From Eledone cirrhosa (taxonomy: Eukaryota): DNA of 64,000 bases. Positions 52,198-64,000 of this stretch are shown here, one piece after another. The translations under genes were made by a program, and so were the position numbers. The stretch lies in NCBI GenBank assembly GCA_964016885.1, contig OZ024740.1, forward strand, positions 429,412,001-429,476,000, in the 5' to 3' direction. Within the stretch, counting starts at the first letter, position 1; each line of letters begins with the position of its first letter. Below the pieces are notes generated by a model that saw only the letters and a program-made list of their open reading frames with translations, was not told where the DNA came from and made no database searches.

Positions 52198-52536
52198 GAC
52201 TATACCATCAAGATGGAAACATATTTAATGTAAGATGAGGGAAATGTAATACAATCTTAATTCAAAACAAGTCAAGAAGAAAAACTTTGTCTGCAAACTT
52301 TGTGTAAGTTGGGGAAAAAGCAATACAATCTTAATTAAAATTAAAATCAAGAAGTAATACTTAACCGTCAATTTTGGGAAAACTACAAATGCACTATATA
52401 GTCTTAAAAGACCATTTCACGAAACTTTTCAGTGGTGTTAGTCACGCTTGGATTCTTCTTGATTTGTTTTGAATTAAGATTGTATTACTTTTCCCTCATC
52501 TTACATTAAATATTTTTTCATCTTGATGGTATAGTC
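52198..52536. repeat. ~82-bp inverted repeat
   Basis: GACTATACCATCAAGATG..CAAGAAGA and its inverse at 52454-52536. Confidence 0.75.
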
Positions 52537-52599
52537 ATATATTGTGACGTTCTTTTTCGTCTTGCCAGAAAAGAACGTCGCAATGCTGAACGTGAGTAC

Positions 52600-52960
52600 A
52601 AACTGCACAAATCAGACATTAATAGGAAGAGGCGAACTAAATCGTCCAACCACCTCAAACAGGTGACAAAAAAGGCAGTGCTTCAATTTGAGCAGCGCAT
52701 AGCAACCAGCCCTGACAGTAAGGTGTTCTGGAAGTATGTTCACTCAAAGTAGAGGCCTCACTCTCCAGTTGGTCCTCTTCACAATCCCCACACAAGCCAG
52801 GTTACTGACGACCCCAAGGAATGCGCAGAGCTCATTGCTGAATGCTAAGCAGGCATTTTCACTATTGAAGACCAGAGTGTAGCGTCTCCACCACCTATGA
52901 CACCGGATTCTATTACAACCATGGAATTTACACTTGCAATGCTGCGACGTCACCTAAAAA
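52600..52960 (+). pseudogene. CR1-group LINE ORF2 tether fragment
   Basis: DSKVFWKYVHSK*RPHSPVGPL..TDDPKECAELIAEC*AGIFTIED. Confidence 0.65.
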
Positions 52961-53895
52961 TAAATAGTTTTTCCATGGTAAGTGGAACATAACCTGCAAC
53001 TCTCAACGTTCTGAAAATTCACTAAAAAGCAACATCATATTAGATGTAAAACTGTGAGTGCTGGGACGATTGGCAGCTGGCAGACGTGAAGTGCATTTGG
53101 CTATGAAGTTAAAATTGTCGACATCAAAGATAGCAACATTTCGACATAATAAATACTTCTGCCACAACGACCTCATTGTTGCCTGTAAAGAGAGTGGTTT
53201 GTTCAGCGAGTGAGTTTTTCTATAAAAGGAATGTATGCTGTCTATTATTGGTGAGCGACGAAATGAAACGCAACACGCCATTAAGGCAACTTATAAAGCA
53301 AAACGAAAGGCCTGATCGAGCTTTTTGTACCTGTCTCCGTCGAGACCTCTGGTGTTCTTGGTCCCTGCACTGTTAATTTCTTCAGTAAAATCGAAAAGAC
53401 AGCGGCGACCTGCATAAGGAGAGGGCTTGAGGAGGAAGCCACGTGGATTGGTTGTTGCCGTGGGTGACTCTGGCAATTCTCCGTCGTAATGCCTTTACCA
53501 TTTGGTTGAGGCACCGCCCAGACTGGAGTGTAGTCCCCCCCCCCCCCCCCCTGCCTCTTTCTTTCGTTGCTTCATTCATTTTTTTTCATTTTTCTTCTTT
53601 TCATTTCCTTATCTTTAATTTTTCTTTTTTCGTTCCCTTTAACAGTGTTCTGTTTTTGTATAAACGACTTAGAACTATAGGGAATAATTTAATGTGAAGA
53701 CATAGAAGTGATTCCCAGACTAGAAGGAGATAATTTAGACGCCGTCTCTACAGGCAGAGGTTGATTATAAAGATTCAAACAATGGTGAGATCTTAGCAAA
53801 ACACTTTATCTAATGAAGCTTCGCAATAACGTCTGTTAATGTTTCTCTCGGCGTTCTCTGCGAACGGAAGAAATCGTTTCTATGGCCTGTGAAGT

Positions 53896-53995
53896 ACTGT
53901 ATATACTCGAATATAAGCTGATCCAAATATAAGCCAACCTTCTATTTTATATCTGAGAAATAGATAAAGATCCAAGTCCCGTACATAAGCCGAAG
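53896..53995 (+). mobile_element. Possible Tc2/pogo-like transposon end
   Basis: TA-CTGTATATACTCGAATATAAGCTGA with repeated TATAAGCC subterminal motifs; no partner end found. Confidence 0.35.
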
Positions 53996-54574
53996 CAGGT
54001 AATCAACACAATATGTTTAGGTGAAGTGGATTTGAAATTCTCATGATTGGAGAATATATTTATGAAGTTTTAATATTTTGATATTAAAATGTTTTAAGTG
54101 TTGTTTACAGTATAGTTTTGTTTTACAACTTCATTACGTAATGATTTTTTTTTTACTAATTTCCAACCGTTTTCAAGGTCGCATTCTTTCAAAAGATATC
54201 AAAACAACGTGAAATACAAATTTCACCTGTAAAGTGAAACAGGTGTGATATTTACCCCCAAAGCGAGCACCTGTAAAGTGAAACAGGTGTAATATTTATC
54301 TCCGAAGCGAAACTATTTAGCACCACATTTACGTAGAATTTTGAAGTATATATATTTCCCTGTGACTCAGTCATAAGAATTACAGAGACGTTCCACTGAT
54401 TCCATTACCTAGGTAGCATAGATCTGTGAAGGCCCGACAACAAAAATTTCTCGGGAAAAGTTTGACACAGAGTTGCAGCACATTCGAAGAGGCTAGCACT
54501 GAGAAAGTTCATCTAATAAAGCCCCACAATATCTGGTCTACAATGTCTAAAGTCTGTCTCAAACCCGGAAGTTC

Positions 54575-54750
54575 ATCCGGCCGGTGCTTGTTCCGGTTTC
54601 CGTGGCGCTAAGCAACTGAGAGTAGAAGACATCCTCTGGATAGGGTGCCAGTCCATCACAAGGTTAAACCCCCGGCTACTATTACTGGTTCTCATTTTCA
54701 GCTGAGTATACTGGAGCAGCGTGAAATGAAGCGTTTTGCTCAAGAACACA
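54575..54750 (-). mobile_element. SINE fragment (V-SINE-like central domain)
   Basis: Minus strand TGTGTTCTTGAGCAAAAC..CTCAGCTGAAAATGAG..GTGATGGACTGGCACCCTATCCAG. Confidence 0.5.
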
Positions 54751-55016
54751 GTACAGAAATCGATATTAATATATCACGCCTTCATCTCATGTTTACACAT
54801 GATCAGCCTCGGTATCTTTAAAACCCCACTAGAGTGTATGCGGGTAGCAATTGGGTTTTATATCTAAACTAGACCACCCGTGGCCCGTTGGGTCACGTTC
54901 ACTTAACTTTTTTTTTAATCCTGTTCACTTAAAAATAATTTTTAAATAATTAAAATATACAGAGACATATATATAATGTAAAATGAAATTGGAAGGCCCT
55001 TATATATATATATATA

Positions 55017-55410
55017 CGAGGGCAATCCTAAGAGTAAGGTCTCCTTCCGATATTGCAACTTTTCCGTTAAAATCCTGTGGATGGTGCTTCGGGAAACCCC
55101 AGGAACCAAAATGCAAAGAGCATCCAGAGTGATCCGCCGATCTTTACACATGTTTTCCTCGGAAGGAGACCTTACTTTTGGGATTGCCCTCGTATATAAT
55201 AACTGCGCGAAATTTGCACTTGGCGGTAGCGTTCAACGGGAGCTCCATTCTCAACGGCTGCCAAGCCAAGATTGAGCATCCCAGCGAAGCGCGCGCATGC
55301 TTGTTTGGGAGTGAAGGAAGCACCAATCACAACAGTGTTGCCAACAGCCGTACGAACAGTTTCTCTGCGTCCCCATCGCTTTGGAGACCTTACTTTTGGG
55401 ATTACCCTCG
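55017..55410 (-). mobile_element. Internally deleted mariner element with three TIR copies
   Basis: TIR CGAGGGYAATCCYAARAGTAAGGTCTCC at 55017 (+), 55192 (-) and 55410 (-), each next to TA; transposase bits MELPL..KFRAVI and KDRRITLDAL..VSRSTIHRILTEKLQYRK. Confidence 0.8.
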
Positions 55411-55419
55411 TATATATAT

Positions 55420-56449
55420 GGAAAGTTATCAACATACGTTAAGGTGACTCAACAGGTTGGTAGGGATTCGTGGAAACACGAACAAACGAGGAGTGTAATC
55501 AAAAAAGAGAAATAGGACGAAGGTAAACAGTTACAAAAGGATTTAATCCACGTATTAACAATTGTTTCATCAGAATTTCAGTCCATTATTGCTACACTAT
55601 GTCATAATAGGCAATCAAGAAAGATACTGTGACATCCGAATTTTCAAAATACAAAGTTGAAATGACCTTAGGAAATGAAATAAGGGGTAGTAGTGTAAAA
55701 TAGAGGAACAGAGAGAGAGAGGGGGAAAAGAGAGGGAGAGAGAGAGAGTAAAGGGACGGAGGTAGGGAGAGAAAGAGAAAGAGATAGGGTGGTGTGAGAG
55801 GATTTGTATAGAATATAGTTAAGTTACAAGAAGGGAGGGGGAGGAGGATTGTGTGCTAAAAGTTGTGATGAGTAGAGGGAGAGATAAGGAAGATAGAATT
55901 TAAGTGGCATTTGGTAGTGGACAGGCAAAAGTTTTATCAGAGGAAAGTATTAAATTTCATATATAGTCTATTTTTAGGTGTGTAGAATTGTTATTTAGGG
56001 TAGAAAAGTAGTGTTAAGATTTAGTTGAAGGTTTGAAGTGTGAGAATTTCGCTTTCAGTTTATGCTGGCAAAAGATTGACCTTTCAATTTTGTTGTTGAG
56101 TTGTTGGTGGCCTGAGCTTAGGATATGGAAGAGCTCATTATTACACAACGGGCACGTTTTCATCCCACTCCGGTATGGAGGAGCATATGAGAGTTTGGTC
56201 CATTTAAGGGTGTATTGTCGGTTACTCCCTTTTAAGTGCCAAATTTTGTCGGCGAGGGTCGTTACGTAACGGTGTTAGGGGTGCTTTATTGCGTAACGAT
56301 GCGTGTACCAACGAGTTTTGAAGGTGTTTGCAGTGCTGCCTATGTGGTGCCAGGTTTGGTTGTCCGACTCAACCGAGCACCTGTACACTAGGTTTGAATG
56401 CAAACATTCGTTATTCAATGGACAAGTCTCTGAAAGGTGGCAATTACAA
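55420..56449 (-). mobile_element. 5'-truncated Penelope-like element (Naiad/Chlamys-like endonuclease) with pLTR
   Basis: GIY-YIG remnant followed by a 3' region with a degenerate hammerhead at 55552-55652; (TA)n flanks. Confidence 0.8.
56030..56449 (-). pseudogene. GIY-YIG endonuclease remnant
   Basis: CNCHLSETCPLNNECLHSNLVYRCSV..HIGSTANTFKTRWYTH..TLADKIWHLK..LKW..CPLCNNE..LNNKIE..CQH. Confidence 0.85.
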
Positions 56450-56930
56450 TATATATATATAGAGATAGATATATATAGATATAGATATCTATAGTAATAA
56501 TAATAAATTTGAAGACTAAAATCCTGGTTTGGTTATGTGTATACGGGAGTTTTGCGTCTGCGTGAGTATGCAGGTTCGTACGTATGTAGGGTGTGTGTAT
56601 TTGTGTACTTCATGTTTTGGTTGACTTACGTCTTCGAACATTTGTGTATTTACATGTAGGTATGTGTGTGCGCTTGTTATATACGTATTTATTTATTTAT
56701 ATACGTTTATTTAATTATTTATTTATTTGTATACACGCACACATACACACACACACATATTTATATGTGCGTGGTTTTGTATACCTATGGTAAGTGTTTT
56801 GCCTATGCTTGTGCATGTACGTATTTGCATGCGTGTATGCATTTATTTAATTTCTATTACCTCTGTATTGTATTTATTTACTTTATTCTTAACTCTGAAG
56901 CGGAGATTCATTCGGTCTCCTAGTTAGAAT

Positions 56931-57199
56931 TTAGTCTACGACTTCAGCTATACCATTTACGTGGTTTTGTCTTTGCTTGCAATTGTTCTCCACGCTCCAC
57001 ATATGACGTTTTATCTTCGTTTTTTCCGTTCATTGCCAGAGAACGTCTCTATGAACCACCTAAGAGAACATTAGTCTACGACTTCTTTTATACCATAAAC
57101 GTGATTCTGTCTTTGCGCGTAATTGTTTTTCACCGCTCCTATTAATGACGTATCATATTCGTTTTTCCCGTTCTTTGCCCGGGAACGTTTCCACGAACC
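56931..57199 (+). repeat. Diverged ~140-bp tandem duplication
   Basis: TTAGTCTACGACTTC..GAACCA occurs at 56931 and 57071. Confidence 0.75.
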
Positions 57200-58027
57200 A
57201 AAGTATCGTCTTCCTGTCTTCCTCCGGTTGCAACGTTTTTTGAAATATCCACTTCTGCGTTTACAGATTGACTTTGTTAGTTTCGGAAGATCCCGTTAAG
57301 GGTGAAAGCAGCGATTCTTTGCTTAAACTTTAATCTGTTATTTTAATAAATATATATATATATATATTGTTATACTTGGGGAGGGTCATATTTGTGTAAT
57401 ATTGCCAGAATTAATAACAGAACACACTCACTGTTTGGTTGGTTTTCGATTTTCGCTTCTGTGTCTTTTATATCGGTAATCTAACTTACTCGGTCCTCAA
57501 TGTTGCCATTGAATGACCAACGGTCAAAAATAATACAGATACAATATAGACACAAACACATATATATAGTTTATCAAAGTTCTTTCGTTGCACATCTGCA
57601 ACATCGTCAGTGGTGCTATTGTTTCCTCCCGTTACATTGTATTTTCTACGCCATCTTTATTTAGTCTGTTTATATATTTATTTATTTGTTTATTTTATTT
57701 TGTCTTCTTTGCGCATGCGTTTGTGTGTGTGTATAGTGTTTTGTTTGATGTGTGTTCGTGATTGGGTGACTGTGTATTGGTTAATGTTTCTATCTTTACT
57801 AGTGTCTGTTTATATGTGTTTGTTGTTATTGTGCTTGTGTATGTATTTATTTATTTATTTATCTATTTATTTATTTATTTATTTATTTATTTATACTTCT
57901 CTTAGGTTGGTGTTGTTTGTTTGGGTGTTGTTGTTATTCCATTCATTCTTTCTCTTTAGACTTGGCCTTCTAAGTTCTATTTCTAAGTTCTATTTCGACA
58001 CACGATTTCATATCAAAAACCTCGCAA

Positions 58028-58092
<65 letters not shown>

Positions 58093-58093
58093 C

Positions 58094-58885
58094 ATTCATT
58101 AGTTAAGCAAAACAAGACCACAAATTTCACAAGGAAGACATTATTAAAAGATTGTGAACATATTTTTAGTTTAATGTAAGGAATGTAGAGAATAATAATA
58201 ATAATATTAATAATGTCCGTTTACAATTGTTTCGCTACTCCATATAATGTTTCTGGATCAAATGATTATAGATCATTATTGATCTGTTTCAGTTGAAGAT
58301 AATTAACTTAGGTAAAATTGGACCAGTTCATCGGAACTTCAAAAGGAATATATATTAAGGTAAAAAATATGGTTACATGAATGTAATGTTCCATTAGTAT
58401 TATTATTATTATTTTCTACATAAGGGCGGTGAATTGGCAGTATCGGTAGAGGGTCGGACATGCTTTCCAGCATAGTTACGTCCCTTTACGTTCTGAGTTC
58501 AAATCCCGTCGAGGTTAACTTTGCCTTTCATCCTTACGGGGTCGATAAAATAAAGTACCAGTAATGTACTGGATAATTGCTGGCCTTGTGCCAAAAGTAG
58601 AAACAATTATTATTCTCTACATTCCTTACATTAAACTACAACTATGTTGACAATCTTTTAATAATGTCTTCCTTGTGAAATTTGTGGTCTTGTTTTGCTT
58701 AACTAATGAATATTTCCAGCTCTGTGCACCTAACCTCTGCATGAACCCAGCCACTTAGCTGCCTTCCACTGCGTATTGCACATTTAGCACATGCCTTTAC
58801 GCTTTGGCTTCTAACTAATTCACCCATTTCTCTTCTCCTCTCCTATCTCCATCTCTCACTTTAAGATTGGTTACTCTTGAACTGT
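58094..58885 (+). mobile_element. pLTR-like fold-back interrupted by a SINE
   Basis: 58094-58200 is inverse to 58608-58711; degenerate minus-strand hammerhead at 58219-58337. Confidence 0.6.
58422..58610 (+). mobile_element. Full-length tRNA-derived SINE with target-site duplication
   Basis: A/B boxes, core and tail; flanked by ATTATTTTCTACAT / ATTATTCTCTACAT. Confidence 0.88.
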
Positions 58886-58927
58886 GTATATATATATATA
58901 TATCGCTATTTCAGAGCACCAATTCTA

Positions 58928-58958
<31 letters not shown>

Positions 58959-59092
58959 TGTATGTATGTATGTATGTATGTATGTATGTATGTATGTATG
59001 TATAGTATGTATATATATATATGTATGTATATATATATATATATATATAGTATGTATAGTATGTATGTATGTATGTATGTATGTATGTATGT

Positions 59093-59430
59093 ACCCTGAT
59101 GGTATCCAATGATGTTGACTTGTTCTTCTTTTTGGTAAATATCATCTTGGTTAAGAGAGTGGGACTGGCTTTGTGCAGTGCCTTTGCTCACTATAAAAGC
59201 TTCACGGCACAGGCATTGCTTTATATCTGGAGATCTCTCTGCACTTGTCCTCACATGGTACCATGGGCCCAGCACTATGTGTCAATAATTGTCACAAGTG
59301 TAGTGTTTGTACCAGAGTTTTCAATATGCTGGCTGGACTAAAAAGTCACACTCGTTCAGCGCATCGGTAGGGGTTCTCCTACATGGATATAAAGTAGTGG
59401 CCGTACTCGAAAACGAGTTGGCAGCCACCA
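59093..59430 (+). mobile_element. RTE-derived element, 5'-truncated
   Basis: Matches the 3' part of the next two copies; lies in (TATG)n. Confidence 0.75.
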
Positions 59431-59462
59431 TGTATGTATGTATGTATGTATGTATGTATTGT

Positions 59463-60069
59463 GTCAGGTCACCAGTTGGTGCTACTGGTAACATGTATCC
59501 CAGTTCAACCTGTCCCATGGTCGGGTCGTTGGCGACTAAACTGGCAACTCCACCAAGGTTTCTTGGTGAGGAGGGTGACTTTGGACATCCTGCAGGACTA
59601 AAAACAAAACATGTCAAAGGGCAAAGGAGCTCTTAAGAGTCAATGACCATTCAAAATCACCGGGAGAGATGACCCCTTAGCCTTTGTCAAGGCAGAATTC
59701 TAGGAGAAGGAAAACTCTGATATAACACCTGCAACCCTGATGGTATCCAATGATGTTGACTTGTTCTTCTTTTTGGTAAATATCATCTTGGTTAAGAGAG
59801 TGGGACTGGCTTTGTGCAGTGCCTTTGCTCACTATAAAAGCTTCACGGCACAGGCATTGCTTTATATCTGGAGATCTCTCTGCACTTGTCGTCACATGGT
59901 ACCATGGGCCCAGCACTGTGTCAATAATTGTCACAAGTGTAGTGTTTGTACCAGAGTTTTCAAGTCGCTGGCTGGACTAAAAAGTCACACTTATTCAGCG
60001 CATCGGTAGGGGTTCTCCTACATGGATATAAAGTAGTGGCCGTACTCGAAAACGAGTTGGTAGCCACCA
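59463..60069 (+). mobile_element. RTE-derived non-autonomous element (~607 bp)
   Basis: CTAGGAGAAGGAAAACTCTGAT (RTE-type 5'UTR motif, from memory); terminal C2H2 CSVCTRVFKSLAGLKSHTYSAHR*; 3' hairpin; microsatellite tail. Confidence 0.7.
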
Positions 60070-60142
60070 TATATATATGTATGTATGTATATATGTATGT
60101 ATGTATGTATGTATATATATATGTATGTATGTATATATGTAT

Positions 60143-60707
60143 GTCAGGTCACCAGTTGGTGCTACTGGTAACATGTATCCCAGTACAACCTGACTCATGG
60201 TCGGGTCGTTGGCGACTAAACTGGCAACCCCACCAAGGTTTCTTGGTGAGGAGGGTGACTTTGGACATCCTGCAGGACTAAAAACAAAACCTGTCAAAGG
60301 GCAAAGGAGCTCTTAAGAGTCAATGGCCATCCAAAATCACCAGGAGAGATGACCCCTTAGCCTTTCTCAAGGCAGAATTCTAGGAGATGGAAAACTCTGA
60401 TATAACACCTGCAACTCTGATGGTATCCAATGATGTTGACTTGTTCTTCTTGTTGGTAAATATCATCTTGGTTAAGAGAGTGGGACTGGCTTTGTGCAGT
60501 GCCTTTGCTCACTATAAAAGCTTCACGGCACAGGCATTGCTTTATATCTGGAGATCACTCTGCACTTGTTGTCACATGGTACTATGGGCCCAGCACTGTG
60601 TCAATAATTGTCGCAAGTGTAGTGTTTGTACCAGAGTGCATCGGTAGGGGTTCTCCTACATGGATATAAAGTGGTGGCCGTACTCGAAAACGAGTTGGCA
60701 GCCACCA
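60143..60707 (+). mobile_element. RTE-derived non-autonomous element
   Basis: Tandem copy with a small deletion in the C2H2 region. Confidence 0.7.
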
Positions 60708-60759
60708 TGTATATATACATATATATATATATATTTTTTTTTTTTTTCGATGGAAATAC

Positions 60760-60801
<42 letters not shown>

Positions 60802-60804
<3 letters not shown>

Positions 60805-60951
60805 GCTTTGGGAGGGTCATATTTCCAATAAGAAACACACGCACCAGTTGCTTTCACTCTAATTTATTATAAATTTAATTTATAATAAATTGGAGTGAAA
60901 GCAACTGGTGCGTGTGTTTCTTATTGGCAACATGACCCACCCAAAGCATAA
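60802..60951. repeat. Near-perfect 150-bp palindrome with tail to ~61013
   Basis: TTATGCTTTGGG..TATAAATT-T-AATTTATA..CCCAAAGCATAA; related sequence at 57366. Confidence 0.85.
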
Positions 60952-61011
60952 CAATATCGGTTTCAACACACGTTTTCAGATAAATAATCTTGCTAAACAA
61001 ATTCAGAAACG

Positions 61012-61052
<41 letters not shown>

Positions 61053-61217
61053 GTGATAAAATTTGCTCCGAACGAACTACCCGTCTCTGAAGGAACCTGC
61101 AGCCGTAGAATCAGCCAGATCCATACAGGGACCATGTCTCGAAGTACCTACCGGCTAAACAATTGTAACACGCAATAAATTGGTCCAGATGCATCACTGA
61201 TTTTTCGTTTTCTTTAT

Positions 61218-61458
<241 letters not shown>

Positions 61459-61795
61459 GTCTTTCAATCTACTCTCTCACAACCACTATCTCTTTCTCTC
61501 TCTATTTATGAAGATACCCGGTAAAGCACCGTATCTCGGGAACGCGTCCTCCGATTTACGCGAAACTTGTTTTATTCCATTTGTATTCCCATTTCAGGGG
61601 CGACTTCCTTTCATAGTATTTTCCCATTATGCGCCGTTTTGGCTGTATTAAATTACAGACGATCACACAAACACAGAGTTTTAGTAGTATATCGATGAAC
61701 AAATCTATTTATATGTGGATCAGGCTATCAGATTAGTTCTTTGGATAATTCTTAACATCGCCTTTCTTCAAAAAGGATTCGGGGATAAGACAGCA

Positions 61796-61812
61796 TTGTT
61801 GTTGTTTTGTTG

Positions 61813-61850
<38 letters not shown>

Positions 61851-61995
61851 ACTGATGCTACTGATGCTGCTGCTGCTGTTGTTGTTGTTCTTCTTCTTCT
61901 TGTTGCAGCTGTTGTTGTTGTAGTTGTTGTTGCTGGTGCTGCTACTGATGCTGATGTTGTTGTTGTTGTTGTTGCTGCTGCTGTTGTTGTTGTTG

Positions 61996-62084
<89 letters not shown>

Positions 62085-62113
62085 GCTGCTGCTGCTGCTG
62101 CTGTTGTTGTTGT
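61796..62113. repeat. (GTT)n/(GCT)n trinucleotide microsatellite
   Basis: Direct reading. Confidence 0.95.
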
Positions 62114-62629
62114 TTATGTCGTTCAGCCCAAAACCGACTCTGTATTGAGCAACTTATGTTCAAAGACATTCTAGTCCCCACCATCACGCCTTTTTATAAG
62201 TACGTAGAGTGTGATCTGAGGGAGATTTGACAGCAATTTCTAGCATGTTGGACGACCACGTTGAGTTTCCTTGGAGCAGGTTGCTATAGTGACAGTTGGT
62301 TGCTAAAGAGAAGGTATTCCCTCTCCCACGAAACCATTATCAACTACATTTAATATCATTTGAAGCAGAAGGCCGGGCTGGAGAGAGAATTATTCAGGCG
62401 AAATATATATATTTCCATATTTCCATCTAGGAGAAGTGTACAACTGTGCCAGACTATGTTTCCATAAACAGGCGAAATAACTTATTATTGGGGCCGTAAT
62501 TATCGAGAAAAATTTCAGTGACCTTTTGAAAGGATTCAAGAATTGTACTAAGATTCCCCCATCGTTAATATGAAAACTATAATTAATTGCTGGAATGCCA
62601 AATAATTATTTCTAATATTGTCTCAATTC

Positions 62630-62790
62630 TAGGGCGGTGGGTTGGCAGTATCGGTGGAGTGTCGGACAACATGCCTTATGGCATAGAGTTACGGCTCTTT
62701 ACGATCTGAATTCAAATTCTGCCGAGGTTAACTTTGCTTTTCATCCTTACAGGGTCCCTCCCCCAAAACTTGTTGATCTTGTACCTAAAT
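62630..62790 (+). mobile_element. tRNA-derived SINE (diverged)
   Basis: AGGGCGGTGGGTTGGCAGTATCGG..GAATTCAAATTCTGCCGAGGTTAACTTTGC. Confidence 0.8.
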
Positions 62791-62849
62791 CTTTTTCCTC
62801 TCATTTATAGCATTTATAGTCCTTTCCAATACTAGTTTCTTTTTAGGCA

Positions 62850-63065
62850 CTGTTTCTGATTTAGGCACACAGCCAACCATTTGGGGGAGGGGAAAGTCGA
62901 TTAAATCGACCCCAGTGCGTTACTGGTACTTTATTTTATTGACCCTGTAAGGATAAAAGGCAAAGCTAACCTTGGTGGGATTTGAACTCAGAACGTAAAG
63001 GGACGTAACTCTCTGCTGCAAAGCATGGTGTCCGATGCTCTATCGATTATGTCAATCCACTGCAC
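62850..63065 (-). mobile_element. tRNA-derived SINE, inverted relative to the previous copy
   Basis: CTGGTACTTTATTTTATTGACCC..GGATTTGAACTC is the reverse complement of the family core and B box. Confidence 0.8.
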
Positions 63066-63852
63066 TTGTTCCCTTTAATAATGTGTTTGAACTTAACTCT
63101 ATGTCTCTATATTTCCATCTTATGAATTAGTAACTTGAACCTAAGAATGTATTACTGTTTAAAAGGAACCCGATTGTGTATCTGAATCCTAACTGTTACA
63201 ACAATCTATTCGAGTTGATAAACTGAAAAAAGCTTTATTTGTTGTTTGTATAAACAGCTTTGTAAAATAAAATTCCAATGTAAGTTTTATCATAATTGTC
63301 TACACTAGAGAAAACTGTGTAAAGTGTCATGTAGAAGAGTTAAGTAAATCAACTGATTTGATAATGTTAACCGATGACCATAGATTTAATGAATGCTTAA
63401 CACAGCTCCTAATACATATAAACATTGAATTTTCTATTGTATTATGCTTCGGTTGGTTTTCAACAACAATTAATAATGTCGAAAAAAATCGATCGAAATG
63501 AAGGAGGCACGTCATTAAATCGGACTCTGCTTCTTCCAATGTTAGCTCAATATACGATGGAGAATATTTCGATAATTGGATATTTTCATTAAGTGTAAGA
63601 TGAAGAGTAAATTTACAAGCCACCAACTGTGATTTACTGATATGTTATGTAAATTGTAGGAAAGCTGCTGGTTATAGAAACTTGAGAGATACTATCTCAC
63701 CCTTTAACCTCCAACTAACATATAAGTGAAAAACTCCGTTCAAGGAAAAGAAAATATCGAAAAAAACAAAATCCAAGAACACAGGACTGTTCTCTCTAAC
63801 ATTGCAGACAGTTTATTATCGAGAAATACCATATCGACCAAGTTATTAATGT

Positions 63853-64000
<148 letters not shown>

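Noticed and set aside
57275-57310. Hammerhead CGGAAGA-TCCC..GGG-TGAAA
   Set aside because: Core mutated and no convincing stems I or III
61495-61700. Helentron/Helitron-like non-autonomous element
   Set aside because: Only a vague terminal resemblance; single copy here
61924-62187. PolyQ or polyL protein
   Set aside because: Pure trinucleotide microsatellite with no coding context
62116-62280. SINE of another family with (CAA)n tail
   Set aside because: Resemblance from memory only; no second copy or promoter boxes visible
63100-63850. Host exon (99-aa ORF)
   Set aside because: No recognisable domain or splice support

Overview
Eukaryotic, repeat-saturated, gene-free window; the SINE and microsatellite content suggests a cephalopod (inference). 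1-21229 is a 68-bp satellite (about 312 monomers, with a near-exact 5093-bp/75-monomer duplication). Its monomer and right junction are a recognisable fragment of Tx1-type LINE ORF2 (YITSIIYYRLTAVPCLSSRLTRLQSLVFPIL*K vs YIASVIYYRLTVVPCPRETLTKMERALFQFLWK), homologous to the LINE family found as five same-orientation copies at 27.1-47.3 kb. One of these copies has an intact APE-RT-CCHC ORF2, and nearly all their ends abut (TCTA)n. The rest is Penelope-like element remnants in (TA)n carrying up to eight minimal hammerhead-ribozyme motifs and many fold-back inverted repeats, ~600-bp RTE-derived non-autonomous elements in (TATG)n, tRNA-derived SINEs, and CRE, CR1 and mariner fragments. No host gene is supported; most short ORFs are microsatellite or antisense artefacts.
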